Origin: Kofleriaceae bacterium
GTDB lineage: Bacteria > Myxococcota_A > Polyangia > Haliangiales > Haliangiaceae
Length of the DNA stretch: 40,989 nt
Assembly (NCBI GenBank): GCA_036490255.1
Contig: DASXEF010000652.1
Span: forward strand, 1-40,989
Reading direction: 5' to 3'
Below the pieces are notes generated by a model. The model searched no databases and was not told the DNA's origin. It was given only the letters and a program-made list of their open reading frames with translations. A program made the translations under genes and the position numbers. How positions within the stretch are numbered: the stretch's first letter is position 1; each line of letters starts with the position of its first letter. Of the stretch, positions 16,921 to 31,708 are shown one piece after another.

Positions 16921-17891
16921 CACGCGCCGTACAGCCGCGCGATGATCGTCTCGATCGGCGGATTCTCGACGAACAAGTCGCGGATCGGATGCGCCGCCGT
17001 CACGCGGCGGATGAGCTCGGCCGGTGAGACGATGCTCGGATCGAACGCGAGGCAGACGCGGTTGCCGTCGCGGCGGATCACGGTCGCGTCGGGATCCGAG
17101 ATCTCGCTGGCATCGGCCAGATCGACCGTCAGCCAGCGCTCGCGGCTGACCTGCGCGCGCAGCTCGGCGAGCGGGCCGTCGGACAAGATCTTGCCGCCGC
17201 CGATCACGATCACGCGCTCGCACAGCGCTTCGATGTCGTCCATGTCGTGCGTCGTCAGGATCACGGTGACGCCGCGCTCGCGGTTGAGCTTCTGCACGAA
17301 CGCGCGCACCGCGAGCTTCGAGACCGCGTCGAGGCCGATCGTCGGTTCGTCGAGGAACAAGATGTCGGGCGCGTGAACGAGCGACGCGGCGAGATCCGCG
17401 CGCATCCGCTGGCCGAGGCTGAGCTGGCGGACCGGCGTGTCGAGCAGATCGCCGAGCGCGAGCAACTCGATCAGCTCGGCGCGCTGCTTCGCGAACTGAT
17501 CGGCCGGCACCTTGTAGATGTGGCGCAGCATGTCGAGCGACTCGACGACCGGCAGATCCCACCACAGCTGCGTGCGCTGGCCGAACACCACGCCGATGCG
17601 CGCGACGTGCGCGATGCGGTCGCGCCACGGCACGCGACCGGCGACATCGGCGCTGCCACCGTCGGGCACGAGGATGCCGGCGAGGATCTTGATCGTCGTC
17701 GATTTACCGGCGCCGTTCGGGCCGATGTAACCGACGAGCTCGCCGGCTTCGATCGAGAACGACACGCCGGCGAGCGCTTCGACCGTCTTGTAGCGACGCG
17801 CGACGAGGCCGCGCACCGCGCCGAGCATGCCGGCCGATCGTTCCGCGACGCGGAACGACTTCGCCAGATCGTGCGCGACAATCTGCGGCAC
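16920..17891 (-). CDS. ABC transporter ATP-binding protein
   Basis: It has Walker A GPNGAGKST, signature LSLGQRMR, Walker B ILFLDEPT and H-loop TTHDM. Confidence 0.9.
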   Translation of the reverse strand: MPQIVAHDLAKSFRVAERSAGMLGAVRGLVARRYKTVEALAGVSFSIEAGELVGYIGPNGAGKSTTIKILAGILVPDGGSADVAGRVPWRDRIAHVARIGVVFGQRTQLWWDLPVVESLDMLRHIYKVPADQFAKQRAELIELLALGDLLDTPVRQLSLGQRMRADLAASLVHAPDILFLDEPTIGLDAVSKLAVRAFVQKLNRERGVTVILTTHDMDDIEALCERVIVIGGGKILSDGPLAELRAQVSRERWLTVDLADASEISDPDATVIRRDGNRVCLAFDPSIVSPAELIRRVTAAHPIRDLFVENPPIETIIARLYGA

Positions 17892-17892
17892 G

Positions 17893-18318
17893 CTAGCCGA
17901 GCAACGCTTTGACGAGCGCGACGACTTCCGGATCCTCGTCGTCGCGGCGACCGACGAGCGTCATCGTCACGTGGTTGCGATCGATCTCGACCGCGCCCGC
18001 CGTGATCACGCTGAGCCCGATGATCTTGCGCACGCGCTCGGACTCGAGCAGCTTCGCCGTCGCGTCCTTCGTCTTGGTCTTGATGAAGACCGCGTCGTCG
18101 AACTCGGGGTCGCCGGTCTGCAGCTCCTTGTTGAACAGCTTCGAGACCTTCGCGCCGATGCCCTCTTTCGAGAACGTCGCTTGGATGCCGGTATCGCGTG
18201 GCAGCTCGAGCGCGAGCTTCGTGGTCTCGCTGCTCGAGAGCTCCATCGTACCGACCGACATGCTGCTCGATTGAAACGTTCGCTTCACACTCACACCCAG
18301 CTGATCGAGCTCCGCCAT
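17893..18318 (-). CDS. Hypothetical 141-aa soluble protein
   Basis: This is the real part of track ORF 17893..18981. ATG 18318 gives MAELDQLGVSVKRTF.... The stop is 1 nt from the ABC ATPase ATG. I recognise no motif. Confidence 0.55.
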   Translation of the reverse strand: MAELDQLGVSVKRTFQSSSMSVGTMELSSSETTKLALELPRDTGIQATFSKEGIGAKVSKLFNKELQTGDPEFDDAVFIKTKTKDATAKLLESERVRKIIGLSVITAGAVEIDRNHVTMTLVGRRDDEDPEVVALVKALLG

Positions 18319-18332
18319 GGCACGAGCATACG

Positions 18333-18938
18333 TCAGGCCGGCCTGACCACGAGCGGATAGCCGCGGCGAGCGACCAGCCGCATGCGCGTCGGCATCTCGC
18401 GGTACACGCCGGCGCCGCCGAGCGGCATCGTCGGATCCGGCTCGCGTTCGCCGCTGCCGATCACCTCGACGAGCGCGCCGGCCTCGATCACGGCTTCGCG
18501 AAACGTCCAGTCTTGCAAGCGCGTCGGCTTGCCCCGGCGACGGCGCGCGAACAGCGCGGCCTCGGCGGCGGTCGCGTCGGCGCGGCCGCACGCACCGGTC
18601 GTGACCGGCTCGAGCTCGAGCTGAGCGCGCTGCGCTTCGACGATCGCCGTGCCGGAGTCGTCTTCGATCACGAACTCGATCGCGCCGCTCTCGCGAAATC
18701 GCCCGGGCTCGAAATCGGACAGCACCTCGGCGACGAAGCCCACGCACGCGCGACCGGTGAGCGGCGCACGCAACGGCTCGCCGACGGCGCGAATCCGGCC
18801 GGCGATCCGTCGCATCGCGCGCTCGGGCAGCTCGCCGATCGCACACGGTCGCGCCTTCGCGATCCGGAGCCGGCCGAGCAGCGTGGCGCCGCCGACGAAC
18901 CCGTACAGGCCGCCGAGCGCCGCGAGCGCGATGCCCAT
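18333..18938 (-). CDS. Hypothetical membrane-anchored protein (201 aa), possibly GIDE-like
   Basis: An internal ATG of track ORF 18333..19043 gives MGIALAALGGLYGFVGGATLLG (TM), then ...IGELPERAMRRIAGRIRAVGEPLRAPLTGRACVGF. The start is 11 nt after the atpC stop. The family assignment is tentative. Confidence 0.5.
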   Translation of the reverse strand: MGIALAALGGLYGFVGGATLLGRLRIAKARPCAIGELPERAMRRIAGRIRAVGEPLRAPLTGRACVGFVAEVLSDFEPGRFRESGAIEFVIEDDSGTAIVEAQRAQLELEPVTTGACGRADATAAEAALFARRRRGKPTRLQDWTFREAVIEAGALVEVIGSGEREPDPTMPLGGAGVYREMPTRMRLVARRGYPLVVRPA

Positions 18939-18949
18939 GCCGTCGAGGT

Positions 18950-19371
18950 TCAATGCGCAGCGACGGCGTCGATGCGCGCACGTGCCCAACCGGCGCGCGC
19001 CTGCAGATTCTGATAGTCGCCGTCGATCGGTTTGTCGCCCCACTTGGCGAGGTCGTCTTCGGCGGTCTTGAGCTCTTTGCGAGCCGCTTCGACGTCGATC
19101 TTTTCGGCGGGCACGGCCTGCTCGACGAGCACTTCGACGGCGTTCGCCGGATCGATCCGCAAGTAGCCGCTCGAGACGGCGTAGCGCGCCTTCGACTTGC
19201 TGCCGATCGTGAGCACGCCCGGCTTGAGCGCCGACAACATCGGCACGTGGCCCGGCAGCAGCTCGAACTCGCCGAGCTCGCCCGGCGCCTGCAGGCTATC
19301 GGTATCGGTGTGTGCGATGACGCCTTTCGGCGTCACGAGGTTCACTCCGAGGAACGTCGGCAGCGACGACA

Positions 19372-19372
<1 letters not shown>
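18950..19372 (-). CDS. atpC: F1 ATP synthase epsilon subunit
   Basis: 140 aa with the ...GEFELLPGHVPMLSALKPGVL... pattern. It sits immediately after atpD, and its start shares 1 nt with the atpD TGA. Confidence 0.9.
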
Positions 19373-20832
<1,460 letters not shown>

Positions 20833-21693
20833 TTAACCTTTCAGAGCCTCGGCGCCGCTGATGATCTCGAGCAGCTCCTTGGTAATCGACGCCTGACGAG
20901 CGCGGTTGTACTGCAGCGTGTAGCGTTGAATCATCTCGCCGGCGCTCTTGGTCGCGTTCTCCATCGCCATCATCTGGGCGCCGAAGAAGCTCGCGAGCGA
21001 CTCGAGGTTCGCGCGGAAGATCTGGTTCTGGACGTAGAGCGGAACGAGCCGGGTCAGCAGCTCTTCTTTGCCGGGCTCGTAGATGTAATCGACGCCGTGC
21101 TCGTGCGTGGCTTCCGCCTTCACCGGCAGGATCTGGACGACGCGCGTGACCTGCGAGCCGGCGTTCTTGAACTCGTTGAACGCGAGGTAGACGCGGTCGA
21201 CCTTGCCGTCGATGAAGTCGGCGATCACGCGGTTCGCGCTCTCGCGCGCGAGCGTCAACACGGTGTCGCCGGTCGGCGCCGTGTCGTAGCTCGAGATCCG
21301 CGCGTTGCGGCGCGTGAAGTGCTGGTTGCCCTTCTTGCCGATGATGCGGAGCGAGACTTCGTTGGCCGACGTCAGCTCGTTCGCGGCGTAGCGCTCGACC
21401 GCGCGGATCACGTTCGAGTTGAACGCGCCGGCGAGGCCGCGATCGCTCGTCACGACGACGATCGCCGCGTTGCGCAGCTCGCGCTCTTCGAACAGCGGGT
21501 GCGCTTCTTTGCCCGCGACGGCCGCCAGCTCGGACACCACGCTCGCGAGCGCCAGCGAGTACGGCCGCGCCGCGATGATCGCGTCCTGCGCGCGGCGCAG
21601 CTTCGCCGCTGCGACCAGCTTCATGGCGCGCGTGATCTTCCGCGTGTTCTTCACGCTGACGATCCGCTTGCGAATAGCCTTTAAGCTGGGCAT
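20833..21693 (-). CDS. atpG: F1 ATP synthase gamma subunit
   Basis: 286 aa, starting MPSLKAIRKRIVSVKNTRKITRAMKLVAAAKLRRAQ and ending ...ITKELLEIISGAEAL. Confidence 0.95.
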   Translation of the reverse strand: MPSLKAIRKRIVSVKNTRKITRAMKLVAAAKLRRAQDAIIAARPYSLALASVVSELAAVAGKEAHPLFEERELRNAAIVVVTSDRGLAGAFNSNVIRAVERYAANELTSANEVSLRIIGKKGNQHFTRRNARISSYDTAPTGDTVLTLARESANRVIADFIDGKVDRVYLAFNEFKNAGSQVTRVVQILPVKAEATHEHGVDYIYEPGKEELLTRLVPLYVQNQIFRANLESLASFFGAQMMAMENATKSAGEMIQRYTLQYNRARQASITKELLEIISGAEALKG

Positions 21694-21697
21694 CGGC

Positions 21698-23239
<1,542 letters not shown>

Positions 23240-23251
23240 GATCGTTCGTCC

Positions 23252-23788
23252 TTACTTGAGCTGGTCGCGAAGGGTCGCGAGCTGAGTGCGAAGCGAGCCG
23301 TCGTACACGACGTCGCCGACCTTGGCGACGACACCACCGAGGAGCTCGGGGTCTTCGCGCTTGGCGACGGTAACTTTCTTGCCCGAGAGCTTCTCGAGCG
23401 CGGCCGTGATCTGCGAGAGCTGCGTCGGATCGAGCGGCTTGGCCGACGTGACCTCGGCTTGCACGCGACCGGCTTTCGCTTCGATCATCGCGTGGAGCTC
23501 GCGATCGATCGCCGGCAGCGCCGAGAAGCGCTCGTGATCGAGCAGCAGCTCGACGAAGTTCTTGGTGATCGGCCGCACGCCGATGCGCGCGACCAGCGCG
23601 TCGACGACCTTGCGCCGTTCACTGCGGCGAATCGCGGGGCTCGACAGCACCGACGCGAGCTCCGCCGATTCTTTCATCGCGGCCGCGATCGCATGCACGT
23701 CGGCGCCGACGTGCTCGATGTTGTGCTGCGCGATGCCGATTTCGAACAGCGCCTTGGCGTAGCGGCGCGCGAGGCTGCCCGTGATCAT
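23252..23788 (-). CDS. atpH: F1 ATP synthase delta (OSCP) subunit
   Basis: An internal ATG 23788 of track ORF 23252..24871 gives MITGSLARRYAKALFEIG... (178 aa). It overlaps the atpF stop by 4 nt. Confidence 0.85.
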   Translation of the reverse strand: MITGSLARRYAKALFEIGIAQHNIEHVGADVHAIAAAMKESAELASVLSSPAIRRSERRKVVDALVARIGVRPITKNFVELLLDHERFSALPAIDRELHAMIEAKAGRVQAEVTSAKPLDPTQLSQITAALEKLSGKKVTVAKREDPELLGGVVAKVGDVVYDGSLRTQLATLRDQLK

Positions 23789-24513
23789 TGCGGCGCTCCC
23801 AGGTTCGAGATGAACGACGTGACCAGCTTGCGCTGATCGTCTTGCGTCGCCTTGTCCTTGACGAGCTTCTCGGTCGCCGTGATCGCCGCGGCGGTCACCT
23901 CGGCGGTGAGCTGCGCGCGCGCGAGCTCGATCTCGGCCGCGATGCGCTGGTCGGCATCGCGCTTCATCTGCGCGGACTGCGCTTGCGCGGCTTCCAAGAT
24001 CCGCGCCTTGTCGGCGTCGGCGTCCTTGCGAATGCCGGCGACGAGCGCCTTGATCTCGGAATCGACGTCTTTGATCCGCGTCTCGTACTCCGCGAGCTTC
24101 TTCGCGGCCTGGTCGCGCAGCTTGGCGGCTTCGTCGAGCGCGTTCTTGATCAGATCGTGGCGCTCTTCGGCGAGCTTGCGTGCCACCGGCGCGCCCCACT
24201 TGCCCAAGATGATGAGCAGGATGCCGAAGTTGACGAGCATCCACATGAACGGCGGCGACATCGGCTCTTCTTCGTGGAGCGTGACGCCGTCTTTGGTCGT
24301 CTCCACGCCGTCGCCGTACTTGCCGCCGAACTCGTCTTTGCCGCGCCAATCCGTGTTCGTGTAGTTGAAGTGCTGGGTCGGATCGGCCTGCTGCTCTTCG
24401 TGCTGCTTGCCGGCCGCGGCATCGTCGACCGATTCCGTCTTTGGCTCGTCGGTGGTCTGCGCGCACGCCATGCTCGGTGCCAGCAGCGTCGCGATCAACA
24501 GCAGCTTCTTCAT
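23785..24513 (-). CDS. atpF: Fo ATP synthase b subunit with an N-terminal signal-peptide-like segment and an acidic extension
   Basis: An internal ATG 24513 of track ORF 23785..24993 forms an ATGA overlap with the b' stop. The sequence runs MKKLLLIATLLAPSMACAQ, then ~80 acidic residues, then TM FMWMLVNFGILLIILGKW, then a long charged helix. Confidence 0.75.
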   Translation of the reverse strand: MKKLLLIATLLAPSMACAQTTDEPKTESVDDAAAGKQHEEQQADPTQHFNYTNTDWRGKDEFGGKYGDGVETTKDGVTLHEEEPMSPPFMWMLVNFGILLIILGKWGAPVARKLAEERHDLIKNALDEAAKLRDQAAKKLAEYETRIKDVDSEIKALVAGIRKDADADKARILEAAQAQSAQMKRDADQRIAAEIELARAQLTAEVTAAAITATEKLVKDKATQDDQRKLVTSFISNLGAPQ

Positions 24514-24977
24514 GCGACCTCCCGGCCGAGCAGCTTCGTCGCGAGCTGACGCGCGAGCGTGTTCGCCTGCGGCAACAGCTGGAGCCGCGCGGCGTCGGTT
24601 TCGGCGCGCATCTTCGCGGTCGCTTCGTCGAGCGCCTTTTGCGCTTCGGCGCGAGACGCGTCGGTGACTTGCTTCTCGTGCGCGGCGGCCTCGGCGCGGA
24701 CCTTGCGGCCCTCGTCGTTCGCGCTCGCCCGCGCTTTCGCGAGCTGGGTCTCGTAGTCGGCGAGCTTGGCGTCGGCCTGCGCCGACATCCGCTCGGCCTC
24801 GGCCCGCGCGCCTTCGATGCCTTCTTTGCGGCGCTCGCGCAGCCGCAGGTACGGCTGGAACAGCAACGCATTCGATAGAACGAACAGGATCAGGAACAGC
24901 GCGAACTGGACAAAGACCGTGTAGTCGATGTCGATCAGCGGGTGTCCGGCGGCGAGACTTGAAAGTGCCTGATGCAT
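24510..24977 (-). CDS. Fo ATP synthase b' subunit
   Basis: 155 aa with a single TM (FVQFALFLILFVLSNALLF) followed by a charged coiled helix. It is the first gene of the cluster. Confidence 0.8.
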   Translation of the reverse strand: MHQALSSLAAGHPLIDIDYTVFVQFALFLILFVLSNALLFQPYLRLRERRKEGIEGARAEAERMSAQADAKLADYETQLAKARASANDEGRKVRAEAAAHEKQVTDASRAEAQKALDEATAKMRAETDAARLQLLPQANTLARQLATKLLGREVA

Positions 24978-25013
24978 GGCAACCTATCGACAATGCAGGG
25001 CTTGAGCGCCGTG

Positions 25014-25042
25014 CTTATAGGCTTGGCGCCCCGTGGTGTCAA
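25014..25042 (-). promoter_or_regulatory. Sigma-70-type promoter candidate for the atp cluster: TTGACA-17 nt-TATAAG
   Basis: On the minus strand the -35 TTGACA is at 25042-25037, followed by an exact 17-nt spacer and the -10 TATAAG at 25019-25014. This lies 36 nt upstream of ATG 24977. Confidence 0.5.
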
Positions 25043-25119
25043 CCAGTCGGATGCCGGTCGTCGCCCGATCGGCGCTGCGACAATGCGCCGCGCGAAGCCC
25101 GTTATGCTTAGATCGTGGA

Positions 25120-26052
25120 ATGCGTTGGCTGATCGCGCTCGCGTTGCTCGGGAGCGCCGGGATCTCGTACGCCGACGAGCCATGGAAAGCCGGCGTCCCC
25201 GCCGACAAACAAGAGGCCGCGCTCGCCCTCTATAAGGAAGGCAACGAGTTCTTCAACAAGAACGAGTTCAAGGAAGCGCTCGAGAAGTACGCGCAGGCGC
25301 TCGCGATCTGGGATCACCCCGCGATTCGCTACAACGCCGCCGTTTGCCTCATCAATCTGGACAAGCCGCTCGAGGCCTACGACGATCTCGAGGCCGCGCT
25401 GCGCTTCGGCGATGCGCCGATCGGCGCCGACATCTACCGCGAAGGGCTCAACTACAAGAAGTTGCTGGCGCCTCGCATCGCCGAAGTCGACGTCACGACG
25501 AAGGACGACGCGAAGGTCACGCTCGACGGCCGGCCGGTGCTCGACACCGCCGGCACGATCGAACGCCACGTGCTCTCCGGCGATCATCAGATCGTTGCCG
25601 AGAAGCCGGGCTACGTGACCGAGACCAAGCCGATTCGCGTCAACGGCGGCGACCGCGTGACGATCGTGATCGATCTGCATCCGTTACAGAAACAGGGCGA
25701 GCTGCACCGGCGGTTTCCAAGATGGGTGCCGTGGACCGTGCTCGGCGCCGGCGGTGCGATCGCGATCGCCGGCTTGCCGCTGTTACTCGGCGCGAGCTCG
25801 GCGTTCGATCGCTACGACGCCGGCGTGAGCTCGAGCTGTCAAGCCGGCTGTCCACCCGCGCCGCTGCCGAGCACCTACGCGAACGATCTCAGCCACGGCA
25901 AGCTGCTGCGCGCGCTCGGCTACAGCGCGTTCGGCGTCGGCGGTGCGCTGATCGCGTCGACGTTCGCGTTGATGGCGATCAACCAGCCGCAGCTCGTCGC
26001 GCCGATGGTCGACAACGGCGCCGTCGGGCTCGCGGTTTCCGGCAGCTGGTGA
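25120..26052 (+). CDS. Secreted TPR plus PEGA domain protein with a C-terminal membrane region
   Basis: An internal ATG of track ORF 25033..26052 gives signal peptide MRWLIALALLGSAGISYA. It has a TPR-like YKEGNEFFNKNEFKEALEKYAQAL, a PEGA-like VTLDGRPV...GDHQIVAEKPGY, and hydrophobic C-terminal segments. Confidence 0.75.
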   Translation: MRWLIALALLGSAGISYADEPWKAGVPADKQEAALALYKEGNEFFNKNEFKEALEKYAQALAIWDHPAIRYNAAVCLINLDKPLEAYDDLEAALRFGDAPIGADIYREGLNYKKLLAPRIAEVDVTTKDDAKVTLDGRPVLDTAGTIERHVLSGDHQIVAEKPGYVTETKPIRVNGGDRVTIVIDLHPLQKQGELHRRFPRWVPWTVLGAGGAIAIAGLPLLLGASSAFDRYDAGVSSSCQAGCPPAPLPSTYANDLSHGKLLRALGYSAFGVGGALIASTFALMAINQPQLVAPMVDNGAVGLAVSGSW

Positions 26053-26054
26053 GC

Positions 26055-26248
26055 ATGGCGTCGGGGAAGCTCGACCTCACGGCACAGGAACTCCCGCGCA
26101 AGCCTGTGCCTGACGACGGAACGTCCGACCCAGAGCGCGAGCTGCGCTCGAACGCTCGCTCGCGCAAGCCGACGCAGGGCAGACCGTGCCGTTCGACGAG
26201 GTAATGACAGGACTCCGGTCCGCGCGCGCGAACAAGCCGCGGCTGTGA
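26055..26248 (+). pseudogene. Possible frameshifted small gene or remnant in the 196-nt convergent gap
   Basis: ORF 26055-26204 reads MASGKLDLTAQELPRKPVPDDGTSDPERE.... A second frame, open from 26114, ends at TGA 26246-26248 and reads ...ARAALERSLAQADAGQTVPFDEVMTGLRSARANKPRL but has no usable start. A -1 shift near 26135 would join the two into about 64 aa. Confidence 0.25.
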
Positions 26249-28965
<2,717 letters not shown>

Positions 28966-28969
<4 letters not shown>

Positions 28970-30213
28970 AGCGTGCGGTACCTCGCGAACAGCGCGTCGA
29001 GCTCGACGTAGAGCGACGCGGCATCGGCCGGCGCCTCCTTGCGACGCGCGAGCACGATATCGGTGAGCGCGCGAAACGCGGTCTCGAGCGCCGCGTGCAA
29101 GCTCTCGACGACGGCGCGAACTTCGACGAGCCGCGGCGACGGCGACGAATCGGCGTCGAGCATCGCGAGATCGAGCTCGCGGTTCTCGAGCTCGATCTGG
29201 ACATCTTCGACGTCGCGCGTCGGCGCGTTCGTCGCGTGCGCGAGCTCGATCACGACCTGGCGGATCTGCGCGGTCAGCGCGTCCTTGAGATCGTTGCCGG
29301 TGACCGATCCGAACAGATCCGACGGCCGCTTCGTGCGCGTGCGCGACGAGGCGATCTCGTGCGCGACCTGCATCTGCGGCGACGCGAGCAGCGCCGCGAG
29401 CTCGCTCGCGATCTGCTCCGCGGTCGGCCGATCGCCCGGTTGCTTCGCGGCGCATGCGAGGAACAGCTCGTCGAGGCTCGCCGGAATGTCGAGCTCGGGG
29501 CAGCGCGCCGACAACCGCTGCGGCGGCTCGTGCAGGTGCGCGTAGACCATGATCACGGCCGGTCGCGCGGTGAAGATCGGCGTGCCCGACAGCGCGAAGT
29601 ACGCGAGCCCGGCGAGCGAGTACACGTCGGCCGGCGGCCCGACGGCGGCCGTCGAGCTCTGCTCCGGCGCCCAGTACAGCGGCGAGCCGAGCACTTGTTG
29701 ATCGTCGGTGAGCCGCGTGAGCCCTTCGTCGGCCGCGAGCTTCGCGAGGCCGAAGTCGATGATCTTCGCGCCGCCCGGCTCGCCGTCTTGCAGCAGCACG
29801 TTGGCGGGCTTGAGATCGCGATGGATCACGCCCTGCGCGTGCGCGAATGCGAGCGCCGATGCGATCCGCTCGAGCACGGTGACCGCGTCGACGAGCGGAA
29901 ACGGCCCGCGCGCTTCGACGGCGGCCTGCAGGTCGAGGCCGTTGACGTACTCCATGTTGTAGTAGAACGCGCCCGACGCGAGCCGGCCGGCGCCCGTCAT
30001 CTGCACGATGCCGGGATGGCGCAGCCGGCCGAGCGCGAGGACTTCGCGGCGAAAGCGCCCGGTCGCTTGCGGGCCGGTATCGCGATCGGTGCGCACGACT
30101 TTGAGCGCTCGCAACGCGCCGGTCGAAACCGAGCGAGCGAGATACACCTCGCCCATGCCGCCGGTGCCGAGAGTGCGGACGATCTCGTGTCCATCCACGA
30201 GCTGACCGATCAC
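28966..30213 (-). CDS. Ser/Thr protein kinase (415 aa) with a C-terminal helical domain
   Basis: GTG start. Motifs are GTGGMGEVYLA, ALKVV, HRDLKPANVLL, DFGLAK and WAPEQ. Confidence 0.9.
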
Positions 30214-30219
30214 TGCAAA

Positions 30220-30228
30220 ATTCTATCA
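30220..30228 (-). promoter_or_regulatory. Extended -10-like box TGATAGAAT immediately upstream of the kinase GTG
   Basis: On the minus strand TG-A-TAGAAT ends with the hexamer 6 nt before GTG 30213. That spacing implies a leaderless or near-leaderless mRNA. Confidence 0.35.
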
Positions 30229-30256
30229 CGCGCGTCGTCGGCGCGCGGCCTCATCC

Positions 30257-31672
30257 TCACTGTCGCCTAGCTCGAACCGCCTCGAGCCGCTCGACGAGCC
30301 CGGCGAGCGCGGGCTCGTGCTCGAACTCGGGCAAGATGTCATCGACGACGCCTAGCAACGCATCGTAGGCGATGCGAAGGCGATCCAAGTTTTCCGCGCG
30401 CAGCGTCGCCACTTTCGCGATGCCTTCATCGAGCGCCAGCGCACGCTCGCCATCGGCGACGGCGTTCGCGAGCCGCGTCTCGAGCTCGGTAGCGTGGTCG
30501 AGATCTTCGGGCCGATCCGAGGCGACGAAGCGCAGCTCGCCGAGCGCGAACCGCAGCTGCGCTTGACGATCGCCGGCGGTCTCGCGCACCGCCGCGGCTT
30601 CGTGCTCGAGCGCGTCTTGCGCCGCTTCGAGCCGCGCGAGCGAGCGCTCGTGATCGCGAAACGCCGCGAGCCGGCCGAGCAAGCGCGTGTCGTCGACGCC
30701 GAGATCGAGCAGCAGCTCCGCGACCTGGCGCAACGCGCCGCGCATGTTGCCGTAGCGATCGTCGCTGCGATCGGCGAGCTCTTCGGGGCTGCGCTCGACG
30801 GGAATGTAGCGCCGACGCGGCTCGGGACGCGTCTGCGGATACCCCGGCACGCGGCGGAGTGCCGCGAATAATTCGGCGGCAGTCGCGTAGCGGCGCTCCG
30901 GCTTCTTCTCGAGCAGCTTCAAGATCACGGCATCGAGCTCGCGCGGAACGTCCGGTCGCCGGACGCTCGGGATCGGCGGCGCGCTCGTGAGGTGCGCGTC
31001 GATGATCGAGCTCGCCGAGCCCGTGAACGGCGGCGAGCCGGTCAAGATCTCCGTCGCGAGGCAGCCGATCGCGTAGAGGTCGGTGCGCGGATCGTTGCCG
31101 GTGCCGGTCACGCGCTCGGGCGACATGTACTTCGCCGTGCCCCAGATGATGTTCGTGTTCGACAGCGCGACGCTCTCGACCGCATCGCCGGCGACGATCT
31201 TCGCCATCCCGAAGTCGAGGACTTTGAGCGTGTCGTCGGGCCCGCACAGCATGAGGTTCGCCGGCTTCAGATCGCGATGCACGACGCCGCGCGAGTGCGC
31301 GTGATGCAGCGCGTACGCGAGCTGCGCGAGCACGTGCAGCGCGCGCGTGACCGAGAACGGCGGGCCGAGCCGCAGCAGCTCGAACAGCGTCGGGCCTTCG
31401 GCGTACTCCATCGCGATGTAGAACCGCTCGTCGGGAAGCTGGCCGAAATCGTGGAGCGCGACGATGTTGGGATGGCGCAGGCGATTGACCGCGCGCGCCT
31501 CGCGCCGGAACCGCGACACGAACTGCGGATCTTTCGCGGCCTGCGGCTTCAAGATCTTGAGCGCTTCTTTACGCCCGAGCTCGATGTGCTCCGCGAGCCA
31601 GACTTCACCCATGCCGCCTCGTCCGAGCTCGGCCAAGATCCGCCATCGATCGTGCAGAACCGAACCGATCAT
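30257..31672 (-). CDS. Ser/Thr protein kinase (471 aa) with a C-terminal helical domain
   Basis: An internal ATG 31672 of track ORF 30257..31771 gives MIGSVLHDRWRILAELGRGGMGEVWLA. Further motifs are ALKILK, HRDLKPANLML, DFGMAK and SPER. Confidence 0.85.
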   Translation of the reverse strand: MIGSVLHDRWRILAELGRGGMGEVWLAEHIELGRKEALKILKPQAAKDPQFVSRFRREARAVNRLRHPNIVALHDFGQLPDERFYIAMEYAEGPTLFELLRLGPPFSVTRALHVLAQLAYALHHAHSRGVVHRDLKPANLMLCGPDDTLKVLDFGMAKIVAGDAVESVALSNTNIIWGTAKYMSPERVTGTGNDPRTDLYAIGCLATEILTGSPPFTGSASSIIDAHLTSAPPIPSVRRPDVPRELDAVILKLLEKKPERRYATAAELFAALRRVPGYPQTRPEPRRRYIPVERSPEELADRSDDRYGNMRGALRQVAELLLDLGVDDTRLLGRLAAFRDHERSLARLEAAQDALEHEAAAVRETAGDRQAQLRFALGELRFVASDRPEDLDHATELETRLANAVADGERALALDEGIAKVATLRAENLDRLRIAYDALLGVVDDILPEFEHEPALAGLVERLEAVRARRQ

Positions 31673-31688
31673 CGGCAGCAGAGCTGCA

Positions 31689-31698
31689 ATGTTATCAT
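31689..31698. promoter_or_regulatory. Overlapping divergent extended -10-like boxes in a 36-nt gap
   Basis: Plus-strand TGTTATCAT has its hexamer at 31693-31698, 10 nt before ATG 31709. Minus-strand TGATAACAT has its hexamer at 31694-31689, 16 nt before ATG 31672. Confidence 0.3.
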
Positions 31699-31708
31699 CC
31701 GGCCGGGC

